Shown here: one piece after another, positions 23,211 to 30,266 of the stretch
Layout: each line of letters starts with the position of its first letter
How positions within the stretch are numbered: the first letter of the stretch is position 1
Assembly (NCBI RefSeq): GCF_006345805.1
Contig: NW_021832629.1
Location: 1 to 30,266 of the forward strand
DNA length: 30,266 bases
Direction: 5' to 3'
Origin: Octopus sinensis
Lineage: Eukaryota
Program-made: the position numbers and the translations under genes
The notes under the pieces: model-generated
Seen by the model: the letters and a program-made list of their open reading frames with translations, nothing else
What the model was told of the DNA's origin: nothing
Databases searched by the model: none

Positions 23211-23744
23211 CAGGGTGGCCTAAAAGTAGGTTTACAGTTATTCAACAATCTCTTTTGCATTCATATATCAACAGTTTAGATCTTAATTATAAAACAATAT
23301 GAAACGATTAATAAATCTCTGAGTGAAGTATAAACAGTAGCTGCACGACATGGTGAAGTATATTTGCCACTTAAATGTGGCTAACCCTTAAGGGTGGATG
23401 CTACTGTAGCTTGTAGCCCCAGGAGGACACCTCCTCCAGCTGGCTATTGACACACTTTCTGTGCCCTATGGGGAGGATGGCTTCCCTTTGCAAATACTGA
23501 TAGGGCACAGAAAGTGTGTCAATAGCTAGCTGGAGGAGGTGTCCTCCTGGGGCTACAAGCTACAGTAGCATCCACCCTTAAGGGTTAGCCACATTTAAGT
23601 GGCAAATATACTTCACGAATATGAAACCATTATTCTATGCTGATTTAGTTAACTGTAAGATAGAAATTTAAATGAAATAAAATGTTTTAAAAGAAATTTA
23701 AAGTGCCTATGTGATAACAGTAAACCTACTTTTGGGTCACCCTG
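23211..23744. mobile_element. Tc1/mariner-type MITE (534 bp) in TAF8 intron 3
   Basis: TIRs CAGGGTGGCCTAAAAGTAGGTTTAC / GTAAACCTACTTTTGGGTCACCCTG with flanking TA on both sides. Confidence 0.85.
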
Positions 23745-24647
23745 TATGTATAAATATATATATATATATATATATATAGCCACTACACACATTTTTTTCT
23801 CTCCTTGTTTTTTCTGTGTCCCTTTCTGTAGAAGAGCGTAGGCTCAAAACGTAAAAGACTTTTTCTATTCATGAGCGTTATACTAATACATCTGTTTGTT
23901 TTGTACACCACCTGTCTTCGTCTTTTGTTTTTTTCGTAAACTCTCCCTATGTATCATCATCATCATCATCATCATCGTTTAACGTCCGTTTTCCGCGCTA
24001 GCACGAGTTGGACGGTTTCGACCGGGGTCTGGGGAGCTAGGGACTGCCCCAGGCTCCAGTCTAGTCTGGCAGTGTTTCTACAGCTGGATGCCCTTCCTAA
24101 CGCCAACCACTCCGCGAGTGTAGTGGGTGTTTTTTACGTGCCACCTGCACAGGTGCCAGAGGGGTCTGGCATCGGCCACGTCGGATGGTGCTTTTTATGG
24201 GGGGGGGGGGCAGAAATATAGGGGAGCACCAGTGGGGAGGGGTGGTTCAGAGAAATGATGACAGGTTCTAGGCAAGTAGAACGTAGGATATCAAGAGAGG
24301 GGTAATGCATGGTGAAATAGCGTATTGAAGAGGGGGGTTCGAAGAGTAGACACCTATAATGGTGGTGGGAGAAGCGACATCCGGTATAGATGGAGCAAAA
24401 ATATAGAGATATCCGGTATTGGTGGTGGGGGTGGGCAAGGGCGGGTGCACCGGGAATATGACGGGCTGGCTTAAAAATGCTCTTAGCAAAGGAAGAGGGG
24501 GGATGGCAGACAGCGTAAAGCGTAAAAGAGGGAGACAGAGAGAGAAAGAAGGGAAATAGCGGAACCCCGCGGAAATGGGCCGCCATTGAAAAAACCCCTG
24601 TATGGAGAAATAATATGCAATACGAGGCGAAGCTGAAAATAGTAATA

Positions 24648-24693
<46 letters not shown>

Positions 24694-24737
24694 GCAAACT
24701 TTCGACCGAGGATCATGTATATATATGTATATATATG

Positions 24738-24768
<31 letters not shown>

Positions 24769-25686
24769 GCATATCAACACACAAACATCTCAAAAATAAT
24801 TGGAGACCATCATTTTATCATTTTTGAGAGATTTATTTCTAACAATGAAACAATGATGTCTGGTGCTTTTAAATAACTTAAGTCGTTAGTGGATAAGTGT
24901 TGTGCAGTCTTTTGACGATGTATCCTGTTTAGGCATCATAATAATGAGTAGTGTCCATAAAGATAAAAACAATATTATGAGGGGCGTCTCCTTGTTGTTT
25001 TACTTGCTCTGGTCTTTTGACTGCGGACATGCTGGAGCACCACTGTAGAGGGTTTTCATCAAAGAAATCAACTCCAGGACTTCTTCTATTGTGAGCGGAT
25101 TTGGTAGACGGAAACTGAAAGAAGCCCATCGTATACATGCATATGTATATATATATGTATATGTATATATATATATATGTGGTTAGGGAGCTTGCTTCCT
25201 AGCTACATGGTTTCGGGTTCAGTCCCACTGCGTGGCACTTTGGGCAGCTGTCCTCCACTATAACCCCGAGTCGACCAAAGCTTTGATTGAATTCGGTAGG
25301 CGGAAGTTACTGCCGTGTGTGTATATGTGCGTATAGCTGCTCAGTGCCTCTCCGAAAGAGAGAGAGAGAGAGAGAGAGGGTGTGTGTTTGTCCCCCCCCA
25401 ACATTGTTTGGCAACTGATGCAGGTGTGTTTATGTCCCCGTAACTTAGCGGTTCGGCAAAAAAGACAAATAGAATAAGTACTAGGCTTACAAAGAATAAG
25501 TCATGGGGTTGAGTTGCTCAACTAAAGTTGGTGCTGCAACATGGCCACAGTCAAATGAGTATATACAGTTCGTATAATAAGAATTCAACGAAGATATTCA
25601 ATGGCATGGCTGACTCAGAGACACGAAAGTGGTGAAAGTGGAGAGTAAATGCAAAGATTGGCATGGAATATTAGATGTGGACTTAC

Positions 25687-25749
25687 GTGGAATAAAAACA
25701 TTTTTGTTTGGTTTCTTCGCATAAATAGGAATCTGGTCGACTTTGGTAC
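25687..25749 (-). CDS. TAF8: TAF8 coding exon 3 (GTKVDQIPIYAKKPNKNVFIP)
   Basis: 63 nt with acceptor tatttccag| and donor C|GTAAGT, phase 1-1. Keeps the frame between exons 2 and 4 and resembles the TAF8 segment VDxLPxYAK. Confidence 0.88.
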
Positions 25750-26489
25750 CTGGAAATATACGTCAAAGAAGTTTAGCATTACTGCAGAAAACCGTAACAA
25801 TAAAACAAGAACAGGAAATGGACAGTAAAGACGGGTGGGTGAGGGGTGTAGTCTTGTGTGCTTTTGGCTAGAATTCCAGAGGTACTTGTATTGGAGAAAG
25901 CTCTTACAACAGACATCATCAACATCACTGTTTAACAACCACTTTTCCATGCCTGCATGGGTTAGAAGCAATTTACAGAGGCATATTTTCTATGTCCAGA
26001 TGCGCTTCATGTAATCCATAATTACCTGTTTCCAAACAAGGTAATATTTGCCCATGGCCAGACATATCATCATAATAATTTAATGTCCGTTTTCCTTACT
26101 GGCATGGTTTAGACCAGTGGTTCTCATATAAGATTTTTGGGACTGCACCAGGCTCCAGTCTGGTTTGGATTGGTTTCTAAGGGGCTGGTTGCCCTTCCCA
26201 TTAGCATTTTGTCACTAAAATATTAACTGGACTGTTCCTTTTAGAAAGTCCTGTGACTGGTCCCATTTACTTGACCTTTGAAGGTATGGAGTTTTATTGT
26301 TAGTGATTTACTGATGCCACTAAAATAATGTAAGGGTCCACTTTAATAAGATTTTATCAAACGGGTGGACTGGACAAAGACATTCTATAGAATACCCTCC
26401 ATATTCACTGGACTTCATGAAAGCTTGTCTCTTTTTCTTTTTACATTATTTACAATTGATGGATATTTCTCCTCATCCTGTTTGTTGTT

Positions 26490-26535
26490 AGCACAACGTT
26501 TCGGCTGATATATTCTCCAGCCTTCATCAGGTGTC
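26490..26535 (-). ncRNA. Minimal type I hammerhead ribozyme motif, copy 1
   Basis: Minus strand reads GACAC-CTGATGA-A-GGCTG(gagaatatat)CAGCC-GAAAC-GTT-GTGCT. The core is intact, stem III is the palindrome AACGTT, and stem I has one mismatch. Confidence 0.72.
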
Positions 26536-26652
26536 TTGGAGAAATTTCGAATCTGGGTTCTCATTCGAATCTGGACTTCATGAAAGCTTGTCTCTTTTTC
26601 TTTTTACATTATTTACAATTGATGGATATTTCTCCTCATCCTGTTTGTTGTT

Positions 26653-26698
26653 AGCACAACGTTTCGGCTGATATATTCTCCAGCCTTCATCAGGTGTC
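26653..26698 (-). ncRNA. Minimal type I hammerhead ribozyme motif, copy 2 (163 nt from copy 1)
   Basis: Same sequence as copy 1, within a 159-bp direct repeat (26408-26566 / 26571-26729). Confidence 0.72.
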
Positions 26699-26748
26699 TT
26701 GGAGAAATTTCGAATCTGGGTTCTCATTCCTAAGGTATTACCCCAAAA

Positions 26749-26790
26749 CGCCTGAAGAAGGCTGGAGGGTGTATCAGCCGAAATGTAGTG
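26749..26790 (+). ncRNA. Diverged hammerhead motif, inverted copy 3
   Basis: CGC-CTGAAGA-A-GGCTG(gagggtgtat)CAGCC-GAAAT-GTA-GTG. Weak stem I and a GAAAC to GAAAT change. Confidence 0.5.
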
Positions 26791-26860
26791 GTAACAACAA
26801 ACAAGATGAGGAGAAATATCCGTCAAATGTAAATAATGTACATAATTCCTCATCTCTTAA

Positions 26861-27079
26861 CCCTTTAGTGTTCAGATTATTCTATCAAACATAATGCCTA
26901 TTGATTCCCATTGATTTGAATTAATCATGCATTATCTCATATCTTCAAGATCTTGATGGTGTAATTACTTAATGTAGAATAACATTGTAGGGTAGGTGTG
27001 AGAGCCTGGATCTGGTCAGTTTGAGCATAAAACAGATTAACTATTTTGGCCGGATATGGCCGGTTTAAATACTAAAGGG
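26861..27079. mobile_element. piggyBac-type MITE (219 bp) in TAF8 intron 2
   Basis: TTAA-CCCTTTAG...CTAAAGGG-TTAA: terminal inverted repeats and a TTAA target duplication. Confidence 0.85.
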
Positions 27080-27281
27080 TTAAATATAGAACTTTATTAT
27101 CATTTTGTTTTTATGCGGATACTTAAAAGATAGAATCTACAGTACTTAACAAGTATCGGATGAGATTACAAGAGAAATACCAAACAAAGCGTTTGTTGAT
27201 GTTTGCGATTCCATTACTTTGAATTTATCAGAATTTATCTGGATTAGAAAGATTGTTGGATTGGAAAAAGACAAGACTCAC

Positions 27282-27380
27282 CCATCTCAATTAGACTCAT
27301 AACAACATCACTTAACATTGGAGTGGTTCTGCCAGACAATTCACAATACGCCTGAGAGCTCCTTCCAGCTTCACACAAAA
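27282..27380 (-). CDS. TAF8: TAF8 coding exon 2 (FLCEAGRSSQAYCELSGRTTPMLSDVVMSLIEMG)
   Basis: 99 nt with acceptor ttcttttcaag| and donor G|GTGAGT, phase 1-1. Matches the second half of the TAF8 histone fold (GRS..xYCE..xRT.P.LSD.V..L.EMG). Not in the ORF track. Confidence 0.93.
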
Positions 27381-27452
27381 CTTGAAAAGAAGCACAAAAA
27401 CAAAATTAAAAACAATATATATATATATATATGTGTGTGTGTGCATGTGTGT

Positions 27453-27485
<33 letters not shown>

Positions 27486-27654
27486 CATATCTCTCTATAT
27501 ATGTACAAACATACGAATATATTATATATATATATATATAATTAATTAATAAGGGTGAGAGAATTAGATACTAATTTAATAGTATACCTATTCAACATAT
27601 ATATATATATATACATACATATATATATTATATATATATACATACATATATACC

Positions 27655-27700
<46 letters not shown>

Positions 27701-27990
27701 CACATACATATTTCTTTATTGCCCACAAAGGGCTAAACATAGAGGGGACAGACAAGGATAGACAAAGGGATTAAGTCGATTACATCGACCCCAGTGCGAA
27801 ACTAATACGATCGTGGCCTTCAGGTACAGGTTGACAGGCCACGATCGTGGCCCAGATAGAAGCACTTAATTTACAGGCATTTGTTGGGGGTCTAAATGTC
27901 ACTCAAACGCTTCGATACCCCCAGAATGCAAGAGGACTAATAGTTCTACTAATGACTTTTCAGATGATGTAAAACTCGCCATACTAAGAA

Positions 27991-28390
27991 CTAGCAGTAT
28001 CGCCTGGCGTTGCTCGGGTTTGTAAGGGAAATAACTATATAAGCATTTTTAGAGAGTTATATCCAAAAAATAGCAAAAAAATGCATTAAAAATGGAAAAA
28101 AAAATGATGGTAAATTTTTTTTAAAAGTCGTCGACTCATTGTAGACATTTTTAGAGAGTTACTTCCCTTATATAATAGCGAAAAAATGCATTAAAATGGA
28201 AAAAAATGATGGTAAATTTCTTTTAAAATCGTAGACTCATCGTAGACGCGCGCTAATACCCAGAAGGGCTCGATATGAATCACGACTATAAGATACCCGG
28301 TTTTGGTTAAACTGCACCGCAAAATGTGGGAGTAGTTAGGAATCTAAATCGTAGGAGACAGACACACAACCTCTCTTTTATATATAAAGA
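27991..28390 (-). mobile_element. Non-autonomous Helitron (400 bp) in TAF8 intron 1
   Basis: On the minus strand it starts TC, ends CTAG, sits between A and T, and has a subterminal hairpin CCCGAGCAACGCCAGG. It also has an internal ~100-bp tandem duplication (about 28043-28247). Confidence 0.8.
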
Positions 28391-28540
28391 TATATTTTAA
28401 CTATTTTTTTGTGTTTTTTTATGTGTGCAAGGGTAGTCTCATCTTCATAAAATGTGCTCAGGGGTCCATGCTATTATGTAAGTGCAAACCCCAGCACTTT
28501 ACGGGTTAAAAAAAGCAAGAAAGAAGATACCAGAACTTAC

Positions 28541-28679
28541 AACTTTGCATCATTTCCACCAATGTTTCGGCTGCGATGTTCTCCACCGTGGAACAACCGG
28601 AATCGTAACACAACGAACACACAACCATCTTGAGGATCTTACGACGGGGATCGCCTTCGTCTTCGGCAGGACCAGCCAT
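28541..28679 (-). CDS. TAF8: TAF8 coding exon 1 (N-terminal histone fold, MAGPAEDEGDPRRKILKMVVCSLCYDSGCSTVENIAAETLVEMMQS)
   Basis: The translation resembles the TAF8 histone-fold start (RRxxLxxVVxxL...xETLxEMxQS). It ends at a T|GTAAGT donor (phase 1). The start is uncertain: an in-frame ATG also lies at 28694, and no strong acceptor is visible upstream. Confidence 0.88.
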
Positions 28680-28756
28680 ACTTTTTGTATACATAGGTGT
28701 ATATATGTGTATGTGTATCGTATAATATGGTCCTTTTATTGTGTCTGTGTATATGT

Positions 28757-28779
28757 ATATTATACAGCAATTTTAATGC

Positions 28780-28830
<51 letters not shown>

Positions 28831-28845
28831 ATACAGCAATTTTAA

Positions 28846-28876
<31 letters not shown>

Positions 28877-28935
28877 TATACAGCAATTTTAATGTGTTGT
28901 GTGTGTATATATTATATATTATACAGCAATTTTAA

Positions 28936-28968
<33 letters not shown>

Positions 28969-29040
28969 TATACAGCATTTTTAATGGTGTGTTATTATAT
29001 ATATATATATATTATACAGCAATTTTAATGTGTGTATATA
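28757..29040. repeat. Six-copy minisatellite TATACAGCAATTTTAATG plus variable (TG)n(TA)n
   Basis: Cores at about 28760, 28829, 28876, 28919, 28968 and 29012. Confidence 0.9.
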
Positions 29041-29314
29041 TATATATATGTATGTATGTATATATACGTATGTTATATGTGTGTGTTCGTGTATGCACAA
29101 TCGAGTGATGAAGTACTCAATACGTGCAGTAGAGTTTATACGTTGGAAGCCACATGCTTATCACACACTGTATACACACCGGATCAACATAATATATAAA
29201 CACGGGTGTGTATACATGTGTGTGTGTGTGTGTGTGTGTTCACTTCAGTATATATTCATAAATATGTCTTTCGTTGATCCGATAGAAATAGATTAAGGTT
29301 CAACATCACCTGGA

Positions 29315-29500
29315 ATCCGATGTAAACAAGCCCCAAAATCGAAGAGAAGAGAATCGTCGCAGATCGAACTCAGATCATCTTTGAAATTTACGCCTGCTTA
29401 CAGCGACACCAAGCGGCGGCAGCAAAAATCAAGAAGCACAAAGCGATAACTTCCGGTTTGTCGGTCGAGTGAAGGAGAGTTGTCTCCCCTGATCAAACTG
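29315..29500 (-). promoter_or_regulatory. Candidate TAF8 promoter / non-coding first exon
   Basis: Locally CpG-rich unique sequence about 0.7 kb upstream of the TAF8 ATG. It has an ETS-type core CCGGAAGT on the minus strand (29456-29449) and a donor-like GCT|GTAAGC at 29402/29401. The TSS itself cannot be seen. Confidence 0.5.
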
Positions 29501-29771
29501 TAAACCGCCGTGTTTTTGCAGTTTTAATGTTTAATTATAATATATGAAAGTGACAGGCAGAGTCGATAGTAGGCCGGACGAAATGCTTGGCGGCATTTCG
29601 TCCGTCTTTACGCTCTGAATTTTTATTCTGCAGATGTCGACCTTTTTTTTTTAAAACTTTCGAGGTTGATACAATAAGTACGAGTCGAATAGCGAAGTTG
29701 ATGGAATCGACTTAGGCCCACCCCACTCCGAAATTGCTGGCCTTGTGCCCAAATTTGAAACCAAAGTTAAG

Positions 29772-30227
29772 CGTGTGTGTGTATGTGTGTGTGTGTATGT
29801 ATGTATGTATGTATGTATGTATGTATGTATGTATGTATGTGTGTGTGTGTGTACGTATGTATGTATGTGTGTGTGTGTGTGTGTATATGGGTGTGTGTGT
29901 ATATATGTGCGTGTGTGTATGTGTGTGTGTGTGTACGTACGTATGTATGTGTGTGTGTATGTGTATGTATGTGTGTGTGTATGTATGTGTATGTATGTGT
30001 GTGTGTGTATGTGTGTGTGTGTGTGTATGTATGTATGTGTATGTGTGTGTATGTGTATGTGTGTGTGTATGTGTGTATGTATGCATGTGTGTGTGTGTGT
30101 ATGTATATTTGTGTATGTGTATGTGTGTGTGTATGTATGTGTGTGTGTATGTGTGTGTGTGCATATGTGTGTATGCATGTGTGTGTGTGTGTGTTGTGTG
30201 TGTGTGTGTGTTTGTGTGTGCGTGTGT
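29772..30227. repeat. Compound (GT)n/(ATGT)n microsatellite, ~450 bp; other large (TA)n/(CA)n tracts at 1-230, 4443-4490, 4700-4785, 11176-11278, 16745-16925, 27415-27700
   Basis: Directly visible simple repeats. They account for most ORFs in the track. Confidence 0.97.
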
Positions 30228-30266
30228 AAAGATATATAGCCAAGGTGCGGTGAATATATTGTCTAA

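Larger units (their letters stand above)
26408..26846. mobile_element. PLE pLTR-like relic: two tandem copies plus one inverted copy, no ORF
   Basis: Direct repeat with a 163-bp period followed by an inverted ~90-bp copy. Each unit carries a hammerhead motif, as described for PLE pLTRs. Confidence 0.65.

Noticed and set aside
1-30266. ORFs rich in YI, HT, CV or YM dipeptides (most of the ORF track)
   Set aside because: They are translations of (TA)n, (CA)n and (ATGT)n microsatellites that lack stop codons.

Overview
Eukaryotic, repeat-saturated genomic DNA. The tRNA-derived SINEs, RTE-tail repeats and very dense (TA)n/(CA)n microsatellites suggest a cephalopod, probably Octopus (inference from pattern recognition, not from a search). 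The only host gene I can support is TAF8 (TFIID subunit 8) on the minus strand. Its six coding exons (28679-28541, 27380-27282, 25749-25687, 22262-22138, 21477-21330, 18251-17902) have GT-AG boundaries and compatible phases, and join into a 924-nt, 307-aa ORF. A candidate promoter lies near 29.3-29.5 kb. The rest is mobile or repetitive DNA: a 5'-truncated Penelope-like element (GIY-YIG), a CR1 LINE 3' end, a full-length decayed mariner nested in a piggyBac-type MITE, a non-autonomous Helitron, Tc1- and hAT-type MITEs, many SINEs and a 3.5-kb 27-bp minisatellite. Most worth following up: (1) several hammerhead-ribozyme motifs, including a tandem pair in sense orientation inside TAF8 intron 2 with an adjacent inverted copy; (2) the 27-bp minisatellite, which appears to have expanded out of a SINE segment and has higher-order structure; (3) an excess of long, near-perfect inverted repeats, several bounded by (TA)n. 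There are no prokaryotic features and no CRISPR array, and nearly all listed ORFs are microsatellite or repeat artefacts. I found no clearly new protein-coding system. All alignments and counts were done by eye.
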